A DNA stretch of 64,000 nt. It comes from a virus (taxonomy: Duplodnaviria; Caudoviricetes). Location: positions 1 through 64,000 of IMG/VR virus record IMGVR_UViG_3300032274_000001, one strand, 5' to 3'. Both the position numbers and the translations under genes were made by a program. Positions 54,571-62,974 of this stretch are shown here, one piece after another. The first letter of the stretch is position 1; each line of letters opens with the position of its first letter. The notes beneath the pieces are model-generated. The model saw nothing but the letters and a program-made list of their open reading frames with translations. It did no database searches and had not been told where the DNA came from.

Positions 54571-55707
54571 GTGAATGGGCATTCTTTCTCCCGGCGACGG
54601 AAGCTCACCTGGGCAGTCAACCGCGAGATCCTCCAAGGCAATGCGTTCGGCTATACAGCGGCCAGCCGAAACCTGATGGATGCGCTCTCGCGACGATCAG
54701 ACGTGGATCTCGCAGACGAAGGCGGAGAGGACGACTGGGTCGTCCACTTCTGTCACCCGAAGAACTTCCACCCGGAGAACTACCCGGGCAGGCGCAACGC
54801 CATCTTCACCATGTACGAGATGCACCCGCCGCCGCCGTACTACAGCCAGAGTTTCAAGAAGGCGGACCTGGTGGTCACGCCCTCGACGTACTGCGCCAAG
54901 CTGTTCAAGCCCCTGGTGGGGAAGGTCCCGCTGGCGGTCTCGCGGCTTGGCTACGACTCGGAGCGGTTCAGCTTCCACGAGGGCAGGCAGCCCCCCGAAG
55001 AGGGAGTAGAGCCGTTCCGGTGGCTGTGGCTGGGCGCAGCGAACGAGCGCAAGGGCTACAAGATTCTGATGGTGGCTTGGGCGTTGGATCCGAAGCCCGA
55101 CCACGGCAAGACCAACGCCGGTCTAGTGGGCGCGGATGGCAAGCCGATGTTCTCGACCCTGGAGCCGCACCCGGACCCGGCATTCAAGGACAGGCGAGAC
55201 GTGTGTCTGCTGATGAAGACGACCCGCTGGCAGGACGGGGGCGACGAGCGGACGTTCAGCGTGGACAACGTCTGCTACGACGAGCGCCGGCTATCCCGGG
55301 ACGACCTGGCGGGTCTCTACGACGGGGCCCATGCGTTCGTGTTTCCCAGCTACGGCGAAGGCTGGGGATTGACGGCACTCGAGGCGCTGGCGACGGGGCT
55401 GCCCGTAGTGACGATCGACTATTCGGGCATGCGGGACTTCCTCGACGAGAAGCACGGGGCTGCGTTCTGCGGGTACTCGGAGGTGGAGTTGGACGTCGAC
55501 CGGGACGAGGACGGGTTTGGCAAGGCGTTTGCGATGCGGCCAGACGTCTGGGATCTTCGGGCGAAGATGAACGACGTGATGCGCAATTACCCTGCGTATC
55601 TGAAGCGAGCGAAACGTGGAGCTCGGCGAGCGGCCGAGCAATTCACCTGGGACCATGCGGCCGAGAGTCTGGTCGATGTGCTGGGCCGGGCTGAAGGGGG
55701 GCGATGA
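54571..55707 (+). CDS. Glycosyltransferase family 4 (GT-B)
   Basis: FTMYE, DLVVTPS, LG.D, RKG, FVFPSYGEGWGLTALEALATGLPVV. Confidence 0.92.
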   Translation: MNGHSFSRRRKLTWAVNREILQGNAFGYTAASRNLMDALSRRSDVDLADEGGEDDWVVHFCHPKNFHPENYPGRRNAIFTMYEMHPPPPYYSQSFKKADLVVTPSTYCAKLFKPLVGKVPLAVSRLGYDSERFSFHEGRQPPEEGVEPFRWLWLGAANERKGYKILMVAWALDPKPDHGKTNAGLVGADGKPMFSTLEPHPDPAFKDRRDVCLLMKTTRWQDGGDERTFSVDNVCYDERRLSRDDLAGLYDGAHAFVFPSYGEGWGLTALEALATGLPVVTIDYSGMRDFLDEKHGAAFCGYSEVELDVDRDEDGFGKAFAMRPDVWDLRAKMNDVMRNYPAYLKRAKRGARRAAEQFTWDHAAESLVDVLGRAEGGR

Positions 55708-56024
55708 AGATGGGCAAGATGGCGGAGTGGGCGACGAAGCGGTTGCTGTTGGATTTGCAGAACCAGGGCATGGTGGTGGAGCGGGAGGCGGGCTCGGATG
55801 CTCTGATCCTGAAGGAGACGGCCGAGAGTGAGGAGACGTACCGGGTGACGCTGGGCGTTGAGCTGATGCAAGCGGAGACGGAGGAAGCGGACGATGCAGG
55901 AAGCGTTGATGCAGGCAGAGCAGATGGGCCGGCTGGAGGCGATGGTGGAGGAGCAGCGGAAGCTTCACCAGCGGCACCGGCAGGGCAAGGCGGGGACCCA
56001 GAAGACGAGACGCCGGCGCCGTAA
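55704..56024 (+). CDS. Hypothetical protein
   Basis: Coupled ORF; 3' half may be the shadow of an overlapping ORF. Confidence 0.4.
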   Translation: MKMGKMAEWATKRLLLDLQNQGMVVEREAGSDALILKETAESEETYRVTLGVELMQAETEEADDAGSVDAGRADGPAGGDGGGAAEASPAAPAGQGGDPEDETPAP

Positions 56025-56063
56025 GGCTGCCCGCGTAGCTCGGAAAGTGTAGGTGGGTTGAAA

Positions 56064-56106
56064 CGGCTGGGGCACTTGCGGCATAGTCGCGGAGGCGCCC
56101 CAGCCG
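56064..56106 (+). promoter_or_regulatory. Long intergenic hairpin
   Basis: CGGCTGGGGC/GCCCCAGCCG perfect 10 bp plus inner stem with ATA loop. Confidence 0.5.
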
Positions 56107-56136
56107 GGCGCCCAATGGCCCGGAAGGAGACGAGAG

Positions 56137-56322
56137 ATGGACGTTACGAGGGATGCTGTTCGTAGGGCGGTTGCCACGCTTTTCGTGAATCGCAGCGGGG
56201 ACACGGCGGAGCGGTTGGTGCTGGTCAACGACACGAAGGGTCAGACTGACCTGGGTGGTTTGAGTATGCCCGCAGTGGTCGGGCGGCTTTGTGAGCAGCT
56301 TGGAATCGGGAGCGAAGATTGA
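56137..56322 (+). CDS. Hypothetical protein
   Basis: GAAGGAG RBS. Confidence 0.5.
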   Translation: MDVTRDAVRRAVATLFVNRSGDTAERLVLVNDTKGQTDLGGLSMPAVVGRLCEQLGIGSED

Positions 56323-57479
56323 CCCCCGGCGGCCTGTCGGCTCCTGACCCGTTCGAGGGGAAGACCCCCCCGCCTGGCCCGCTGACGGTCCACGTCCTGG
56401 GCGCTGGTGGCCCAGCGGGTGTGAACTTCATCCACTGCCTCAAGCACGGGGTACTGAAGGACCGGCCCATCCGCGTTGTGGCCTACGACGACCAGCCACA
56501 CCATCTGGGGCTTGTAGCCGAAGCGGACGAGTATGGGTCGCCCGGCCAGATGGACTTGGAAGTGCAGTCTCTTGGGGGTGGTCGTCATCTGATCGTGGCG
56601 CAGCCTGACGCGCTGGTAGCGAAGCTGGCGAAACGTGGGCCCTGGTACCCGGAGGACATGGTTGCTCTCCCCGGCCCGAACACCATCGCGCTCGCTCAAG
56701 ACAAGGCATCCACGGCTTTGGTCTGGCACGAGCGGCAGGGCAGGAGGTTCTCTGTCGTACCCTGCTCGGAGAGCGCCGTAGAGGCCCGCAGGACTGCGCT
56801 GGAGGAGGTCGGGTACCCGATGTGGCTCCGGGCCCGGACGGGGGCTGGGGCCCGTCTGGCGAGCCTGGCGGAGCACCGTGGCCAAGCCGACCTGTGGTGC
56901 CGGTACGTTGGCATGCGCTTCGGAGAGAGCGACCTGCTTGCCGAGACGTACCTGCCCGGCCGGGACTACGGCGTGACGCTGGTCTACTGGCACGGTCAGC
57001 TGGTGGGTCAGATGGCTCGAGAGCGGTTGGAGTACCTGTACCCGCAGCATGCGGTGTCGGGCCGGACGGGGACGCCCACGGTGGCGCGTCTGATCTGCGA
57101 CCGGGGGATTCTGTGGCGTGCCCAGATGGCTGTGGACCAGCTCTGCTCGGCCGCAGGAGAGGCGCCCCATGGGGTGTTCTGTGTCGACCTCCGGGAGGAC
57201 AAGGAGGGAATAGCGCAGCCCACGGAGATCAATGCCGGGCGGTTCTTCACGACGTCGCACGTTGGCTTGCTGCCCTGGGGGCAGGGGGTGGACCTCGTGG
57301 GCTTGTACGTGGGGCTCGCGTTTGGGCTGAGGGAGCCGCCGAACAATCCGCTAGGGCTGCTGCCCCAGGACGACGGGACGCTAGTGCTGCGGCACATCGA
57401 TGCGGGGACGCATTGGATCCGGCCCCAGGACATGACCGAGGAGATGAGCGAATGGCTGAAGACACTCCCGACGCCGTAG
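56319..57479 (+). CDS. ATP-grasp ligase (CarB/PylC-like)
   Basis: VLGAGGPAG, QDKA, GYPMWLRAR.GAG, ETYLPG..Y, FCVD..E....TEINAGRF. Confidence 0.85.
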   Translation: MTPGGLSAPDPFEGKTPPPGPLTVHVLGAGGPAGVNFIHCLKHGVLKDRPIRVVAYDDQPHHLGLVAEADEYGSPGQMDLEVQSLGGGRHLIVAQPDALVAKLAKRGPWYPEDMVALPGPNTIALAQDKASTALVWHERQGRRFSVVPCSESAVEARRTALEEVGYPMWLRARTGAGARLASLAEHRGQADLWCRYVGMRFGESDLLAETYLPGRDYGVTLVYWHGQLVGQMARERLEYLYPQHAVSGRTGTPTVARLICDRGILWRAQMAVDQLCSAAGEAPHGVFCVDLREDKEGIAQPTEINAGRFFTTSHVGLLPWGQGVDLVGLYVGLAFGLREPPNNPLGLLPQDDGTLVLRHIDAGTHWIRPQDMTEEMSEWLKTLPTP

Positions 57480-57724
57480 GGTTTCCTGTGGACGCCTTGA
57501 GCAAGCACTGCATAGTTCTAGGGCTGAGGGCGCGTGACATGATTACCGGCTTCGAGGGGGTCGCGACGGGCCGACTGGAGAACTACCACGGGCCGCCCGA
57601 GATTCGGATACAGCCGGAGTTCTGCGGCGACGACGGCAAGCCCGCCGAGGCAGTGTGGTTCGATGAGGGACGGGTCGAGTTAGTCCCGGGTGAGGCCAGG
57701 GTAGGGTTTAGGTGGACGCCGTGA
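57452..57724 (+). CDS. Small phage protein
   Basis: LG..ARD.ITGFEG..TGR...DGKP....WFDE.R. Confidence 0.6.
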   Translation: MAEDTPDAVGFPVDALSKHCIVLGLRARDMITGFEGVATGRLENYHGPPEIRIQPEFCGDDGKPAEAVWFDEGRVELVPGEARVGFRWTP

Positions 57725-58395
57725 GCCGCCTGACAGTGGGCTGCGTAGTCACGTCCTGGAACTACGGGATGTTCATCGACGAGGCCCTGACGTCCCTTGC
57801 GGGCCAAACGCGCTCGGCTGACGAGGTGGTCGTTGCGGATGATTGCTCGACGGATAGCAGCGTAAGCCGGCTCAAGGGGTGGGCGCACATGCCGTGGCGC
57901 ATCGCGCAGCGGAGCGAACGGCTGGGATTCGTCGAGAATGCCAACCGGGCGATAGCCGCCCTGGGCACGGATCTCGCGTTCGTTCTCTCCGCCGATGACT
58001 GGCTAGAGCCTGGGTTCATCGAGAAGCACGCGGCGGCCTTGGAGAACGCCGAGGCGGACGTTGCGCTCGCCTACTGCACCATGGCCTACCGTTGCACCGA
58101 GCCCGGCCCTAGGATGGACCTCGACGGCCACGTGATTGGGTTCCAGAGGTGGAGCGACGCCATCATGGGAGGGAACTTCGTGAACGGCTCGGCGATGTTC
58201 CGGCGCGAGGTATTCTTGGGGATCGGGGGATTCCCGGAGCGGGACCGCGAGGAGGACCATGCGTTGTGGGTGGAGATGGCTCGGGCCGGGTACCGCGGCG
58301 TGCAGGTCGGGGGCAGGGAGGTGATGCTCAACTACCGCCAGCACGGGAGAGGGCATCGTAACTACGGTGACGACGAACGGAGGAGGGCTACGTGA
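57721..58395 (+). CDS. Glycosyltransferase family 2
   Basis: V.SWNYG.FI.EAL.S, VVADDCSTD, LSADD DxD-like motif, EEDH.LW. Confidence 0.9.
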   Translation: MSRLTVGCVVTSWNYGMFIDEALTSLAGQTRSADEVVVADDCSTDSSVSRLKGWAHMPWRIAQRSERLGFVENANRAIAALGTDLAFVLSADDWLEPGFIEKHAAALENAEADVALAYCTMAYRCTEPGPRMDLDGHVIGFQRWSDAIMGGNFVNGSAMFRREVFLGIGGFPERDREEDHALWVEMARAGYRGVQVGGREVMLNYRQHGRGHRNYGDDERRRAT

Positions 58396-58562
58396 CGAAT
58401 GAAGCGATTCAGATGCTGCAAGGCGCAGCGGAAGAAGTAGACAAGCACGCAAGTGCATTGCTCAAGTTGGGGCTTCCAGTGGAGCTAGTGCGAGCAATCC
58501 GCGGGTACGCAGAGAAGTTGACGGCAGACATTCCCCCCGATGATTTAGCCGAAGCGGGCTGA
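58392..58562 (+). CDS. 56-aa hypothetical protein (not in ORF track)
   Basis: GTG start overlapping GT2 stop; fills the gap. Confidence 0.45.
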   Translation: MTNEAIQMLQGAAEEVDKHASALLKLGLPVELVRAIRGYAEKLTADIPPDDLAEAG

Positions 58563-58565
58563 CCC

Positions 58566-59366
58566 ATGGCGATCGGCATAGTCATCCCCGTCTACAACAA
58601 CTGGCACCTGACGAAGGCGTGCCTGGAGTCGATCGACGCAGCCGTCGGCTGCCCTAGCGATCGCCCGCTCGTGGTTACGGTGAACAACGGGTCTACGGAT
58701 GCAACGGCGACACAGCTGGCCGCGCGATGTTCGCCATTCGAGATCGGGGTGGAGAACGACACGAACCTGGGGTTCGCGAAGGCGTGCAACGAGGGTGCGA
58801 GGCATGCCCTAGTGAACGGCTGTGAAACCGTCGTCCTCCTGAACAACGACACCGAGGTTTACCCCGGAGCGCTGGAGGCTTTGGCGGGTGCGGCCCAAGA
58901 GTACGGCATTGCGGGGGGCTTCCTCCTGTACCCGGACCGGCGGACGATCCAGCACGCCGGCATGGTGGGGGAGCCGCTGGTGCATCTCTACCGCCACGTC
59001 GATGCTCGGAAGTGCCCACCGAGCTGGAGAGCCAAGCCCTTGCAGTGCGTGACGGGTGCGGCGATGGCCATCAAGGCCGACCTCTGGCGCGATTTGGGCG
59101 GCTTGGATGAGGGCTACGTCAACGGATACGAGGACGTCGATCTGTGTTTCCGGGCCCGTGTCGAGCACGGTGCCGAGGTGTGGTTCGAGCCCGAGGCTGG
59201 GTTCATTCACCACGAGGGTCGGACGGAGGGTCGGTTTGTGAAGGAAGTGCAGAACGCTGGGCGGTTCTACGGACGGTGGGGGCACGTGATCCGAGCGGAT
59301 GCTCGGGAGGTGATCGAGGCCGACAATCAGAATCATCCAGTCGAGGCGCCGGGGTGGCTGCGTTGA
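58566..59366 (+). CDS. Glycosyltransferase family 2
   Basis: IVIPVYN, NNGSTD, NLGFAKACN, LLNND, GLDEGY..YEDVDLCFR. Confidence 0.92.
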   Translation: MAIGIVIPVYNNWHLTKACLESIDAAVGCPSDRPLVVTVNNGSTDATATQLAARCSPFEIGVENDTNLGFAKACNEGARHALVNGCETVVLLNNDTEVYPGALEALAGAAQEYGIAGGFLLYPDRRTIQHAGMVGEPLVHLYRHVDARKCPPSWRAKPLQCVTGAAMAIKADLWRDLGGLDEGYVNGYEDVDLCFRARVEHGAEVWFEPEAGFIHHEGRTEGRFVKEVQNAGRFYGRWGHVIRADAREVIEADNQNHPVEAPGWLR

Positions 59367-59836
59367 CTGAGTCGGAGTGGAGAGAGGCGCGCCCGCCGGG
59401 GCACATCAATCTCGCGTTGCTGGAGTGGCTGAGCGAGCACCTCAAGGTGGGCACGGAGCCGATTGAGCGACGGTGCACGCTGTATGTGCCGCACGTGGCG
59501 AAGTGCTGGGAGCCGCATCCGTTGCCGGGGATGGGGGTGTATCCGGCGATGGGGGTGTATCCGGCGATGTGGCAGAGCCACCACGAGAGGGTCATCCCGG
59601 GGCGGTCGATGGCGCAGCTCCACGCGTGGGCAGTGCATGCGGACTGTGCTCTCTATAAAAAAGGCTGGGGGTTCATTCGGTCGCCACAGGGCTGCGGTCG
59701 TTTTTCCGACCAGCGCCAGTTGGAGCCCTTGGAGCTCAACCACCCTGAGCATACGCGAGGTCAGATTCTCCCCGAGCGCACTCGCCGAAGCGGGCTCTTC
59801 GACATCATAATGTACACCCCGTGGGGGGCTTTTTAG
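59363..59836 (+). CDS. Hypothetical protein containing an 18-nt tandem duplication
   Basis: gatgggggtgtatccggc x2 at 59530-59565 (MGVYPA x2). Confidence 0.45.
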   Translation: MTESEWREARPPGHINLALLEWLSEHLKVGTEPIERRCTLYVPHVAKCWEPHPLPGMGVYPAMGVYPAMWQSHHERVIPGRSMAQLHAWAVHADCALYKKGWGFIRSPQGCGRFSDQRQLEPLELNHPEHTRGQILPERTRRSGLFDIIMYTPWGAF

Positions 59837-59840
59837 TCAG

Positions 59841-60377
59841 ATGAGCGATGACACCAACTACCGCCGCAACGTGACCATGGTTCTGAAGGCTCTCATGGGC
59901 CGCCTGACAGCCGATCCGCCATCGACGGTAGTCGAGGTGGGGGTGATCCCGCATCGCTTCAGAGAGACGTACGGAGCGTCCGTGGGGGGCAGCTGTGCGG
60001 AGCGTATCTGGGCCGAGATGGGCTTCAGTGTGAACAGGTGGGACATGGCGGACAAGGATACCATCGATGATGCGGTGATCGGCTGGGACATCTGCGAGGG
60101 TCCGCCGCCGGGCCGGTACGACCTATGCGTGGTGAGTGAGGTGCTCGAGCACGTGGCCGACCCATTTGCGGCGGTGACCCAGCTCAAGGGGGCTGCTCCG
60201 GTGGTTCTGGTGACGGTGCCGTTCCTGTACCCGGAGCACGAGCCGAAGCCCGACCTGTGGCGGTTCACCCCGGATGGGTTGGCCGAGCTGCTCCGGCAGG
60301 GTGGGTTCTCGGAGGTAGAGACGGAGGTGGCTTACGTGGACGGGCGAATTACCAACGTGGGAGCGGTGGCGCGGTGA
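59841..60377 (+). CDS. Class I SAM-dependent methyltransferase
   Basis: VVEVG, YDL..SEVLEHV.DP, TVPF..P.H..PD.WRFT..GL. Confidence 0.85.
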   Translation: MSDDTNYRRNVTMVLKALMGRLTADPPSTVVEVGVIPHRFRETYGASVGGSCAERIWAEMGFSVNRWDMADKDTIDDAVIGWDICEGPPPGRYDLCVVSEVLEHVADPFAAVTQLKGAAPVVLVTVPFLYPEHEPKPDLWRFTPDGLAELLRQGGFSEVETEVAYVDGRITNVGAVAR

Positions 60378-60763
60378 GTGAAGCTATGACCCCTGAGGAG
60401 CGAGCTCGGAAGATCGACGAGTTCATGGCCGAGGAGCATCCGATTATTCCGGCAACACCGATGATCGCGACGCCCCCCACGGCCCTGACCGACGGCCCGC
60501 ACCCGATTCGTCGGATCTTGGCGGAGATCTACCTAGAGGCGACGGGGGTGATCCCCCACGTGGAGCGGAAGGCCCCCGAGCGGATCAAGCCCGGATGCTG
60601 TGAGGCCGGCGATGCCTACGTCTGGGCATATGCGCTGCCTGACGTCCCCGAGTGGACTCTGAGCATTCCCCCCGATGGGGAGATGGAGATTGACTACTGC
60701 CCGTTCTGCGGGCGGGGCCTGGCCGGATGTGCCGACCCCCAGGATTTCCCCCGATCCGAGTAG
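60374..60763 (+). CDS. Hypothetical protein
   Basis: CC...IDYCPFCG. Confidence 0.5.
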   Translation: MSEAMTPEERARKIDEFMAEEHPIIPATPMIATPPTALTDGPHPIRRILAEIYLEATGVIPHVERKAPERIKPGCCEAGDAYVWAYALPDVPEWTLSIPPDGEMEIDYCPFCGRGLAGCADPQDFPRSE

Positions 60764-60781
60764 CGTGGTACCTATCCCGGC

Positions 60782-60970
60782 ATGAACCGGGATTTCGTAA
60801 TGGGTACGCTGACCCTCCCGCCGGGCTTGGACGTGAAGCCGGCGAGCGACCCGGAAGCTGTGCTGGCTCAGGCTGCCCGTGAGGGCCTTGTCTGCTCCGA
60901 ATGCGGTGAGAGGGCGCAGCTAGCCGACATCGCCGCAGGCCATGTTTGCTACTCCGAGGACGGAGACTGA
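60782..60970 (+). CDS. Small Zn-ribbon protein
   Basis: CSECG...H.C. Confidence 0.4.
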   Translation: MNRDFVMGTLTLPPGLDVKPASDPEAVLAQAAREGLVCSECGERAQLADIAAGHVCYSEDGD

Positions 60971-60974
60971 GGGT

Positions 60975-61550
60975 GTGGCGGACGGGAGAGCCAGCATCTC
61001 GGTCCCCGACGGGGCCCTGGGAGGCCCTGGAGCGGCCCACAGCGCCCGTATCGCGGTACCGGGGGGTAACGGTGCAGCTGGGGTCCTTCTCCCTGAGGGG
61101 GCTTTGGAAGGCCCTGGGGCGGCCCATGCCGCTCGTATCGACGTCACCCGAGCCCTCTACTACATCGTCGAAGCCGTTGCGGCAGGGACAGCAGAGCTGA
61201 TGGATTTCCACTCGGACGACTACGTCAGCGGCGACGTCACGGCCTATCTGGGCGGTGGGCACTGGGACCTCCAGGAGGCCGAAGCCGAGATCGCGGTGGC
61301 GGCAGGCACGGCTTCGATTCTGGTGGTGAGTGCCAGCGTGGCACCCACGCCCGGGACGTTCGTCTATACGCTGCGCCGGGATGGCGCGGACACGGGCTTG
61401 ACGGTGACGCTGACCGGCTCGGAGACGGAAAAGGCCATCACGACCAACGTCAGCTACACTCAGCTGCAGAAGATGAGCCTCAAGTTGGTGCGCTCGGGGA
61501 GTGCGCCGAAGGCGAAACACGGGGCGGCTCTGAAGTTCACCCCGTCATAG
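60975..61550 (+). CDS. Putative structural/fibre-associated beta-sandwich protein with a 28-aa internal repeat
   Basis: PDGALGGPGAAHSARI / PEGALEGPGAAHAARI. Confidence 0.55.
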   Translation: MADGRASISVPDGALGGPGAAHSARIAVPGGNGAAGVLLPEGALEGPGAAHAARIDVTRALYYIVEAVAAGTAELMDFHSDDYVSGDVTAYLGGGHWDLQEAEAEIAVAAGTASILVVSASVAPTPGTFVYTLRRDGADTGLTVTLTGSETEKAITTNVSYTQLQKMSLKLVRSGSAPKAKHGAALKFTPS

Positions 61551-61561
61551 GAGATCGCAGG

Positions 61562-62974
61562 ATGTCGATCATCACCCGGCCCGGCAAGATTATGGCAGTA
61601 GCCTTGGCGGCCTTGGTGGGATCTGCGGGCTCCGCCCTGGCACTCGACCCCGACGACCTGTCGATCGAGAACCCAGACGGCACGGAGAACATCTCGTTCA
61701 AGTACAACGCCGCCTCTGGCGATCTGGGCCTGGCCTCGGACGAGTGTGCTTTCCAGGCCAACGGAATCATCTGCGAGGGGTCGACCGCCGATGCCAATGA
61801 GACGCGGCTGGTGTTCCCCGCCGATCCGGCCGCAGAGCGCACGATCACGTTCCCGGACGCGACCGGCACGGTCCTCCTGAGTGAGCAGCAGGATGCGGGC
61901 ACGGACGTCACCGCCGACCTCGAGGAGGAGGCCCACGCCAGTGAGCACGCCTCGGCGTTCATCGTCGCCTCGGGCGAGACGCTGGTGTTCAAGGACACCG
62001 ACACCCTGGCGGGCAACCCGGCGCTGGGCTCGGAAGAGTGCGTGTTCTCCAACGACGGCACGGGCGGTATCCTGATTTGCGAGGGTGCGACCGCAGACAC
62101 CAGCGAAGGCTTGCTGGCCTGGAACCCGACCAGCGACCAGACCCATACGATCCCCGACGCGAGTTCGGACACGTTCGTGCTGTTGGCAGCGACCCAGACG
62201 CTGACGAACAAGACGCTGACGACGCCCACCATTGGCGACTTCAGCAACTCCACGCACGACCACTCGAACAACGCCGGTGGCGGGCAGGTAGACATCGACG
62301 ACCTGAGCAACCAGGCCACGTGGGCCACGGCGGCGACGAAGATCACGGCCAACCTGACCATTTCGGGCGTAGAGGTGGACTACGAGGGCGGTGCTTCGGA
62401 GGGCTTCCCCCGGCTGGCGCAATCGACTACGCCGCCCAGCGCGGAGTGTGACGAGTCGGGCGAGGCTGGCCGGCTGTACTTCGACACCGATGCGGACACG
62501 GACGGCTCGGTGTTCGTCTGTACGGGCACCGGGGGGTGGAAGGACATCGACGACGACGGGGGCGGCGTGGCAATCAACCCCGACCGGTCTGTCGATTCGG
62601 AGATGCGGGTCAAGCTTGCCGCATTGGGCAAGATCTACATGAGCCTGTCGGGCAAGCTCTGCTCGACGGAGGCGGACTGCAACTCGCCCTTCCGGACGGG
62701 CACACTGAACAACCTGGACTGCTTGTCCACGGTGGCGCAGACGGTTGACGAGGTGAAGGTCACGCTAGGCACGGGGACATGCACCACGGCTAGCTTCACC
62801 TACGACGGGAGCGAGGCGTCGCTGCCCGCGGCGGCCAACACGATGGCCAACGGCTCGGACGCATCCAAGACGGGTGGGGCGAACACATGCGCGCGGATCG
62901 AGATCGAGAACACCGGCGCATCCGGCATGGCGAACAAGGGCTACATCAACTGCTCCATCAAGCAGACGGCGTAA
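61562..62974 (+). CDS. Tail-fibre-like protein with a Sec signal peptide
   Basis: MSIITRPGKIMAVALAALVGSAGSALA; two EG.TAD..E...RTIT.PDA repeats, TQTLTNKTL, 12 Cys. Confidence 0.7.
   Translation: MSIITRPGKIMAVALAALVGSAGSALALDPDDLSIENPDGTENISFKYNAASGDLGLASDECAFQANGIICEGSTADANETRLVFPADPAAERTITFPDATGTVLLSEQQDAGTDVTADLEEEAHASEHASAFIVASGETLVFKDTDTLAGNPALGSEECVFSNDGTGGILICEGATADTSEGLLAWNPTSDQTHTIPDASSDTFVLLAATQTLTNKTLTTPTIGDFSNSTHDHSNNAGGGQVDIDDLSNQATWATAATKITANLTISGVEVDYEGGASEGFPRLAQSTTPPSAECDESGEAGRLYFDTDADTDGSVFVCTGTGGWKDIDDDGGGVAINPDRSVDSEMRVKLAALGKIYMSLSGKLCSTEADCNSPFRTGTLNNLDCLSTVAQTVDEVKVTLGTGTCTTASFTYDGSEASLPAAANTMANGSDASKTGGANTCARIEIENTGASGMANKGYINCSIKQTA

Noticed and set aside
55894-56052. 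Overlapping 52-aa basic ORF within 55704-56024
   Set aside because: Cannot decide which frame is real from sequence alone
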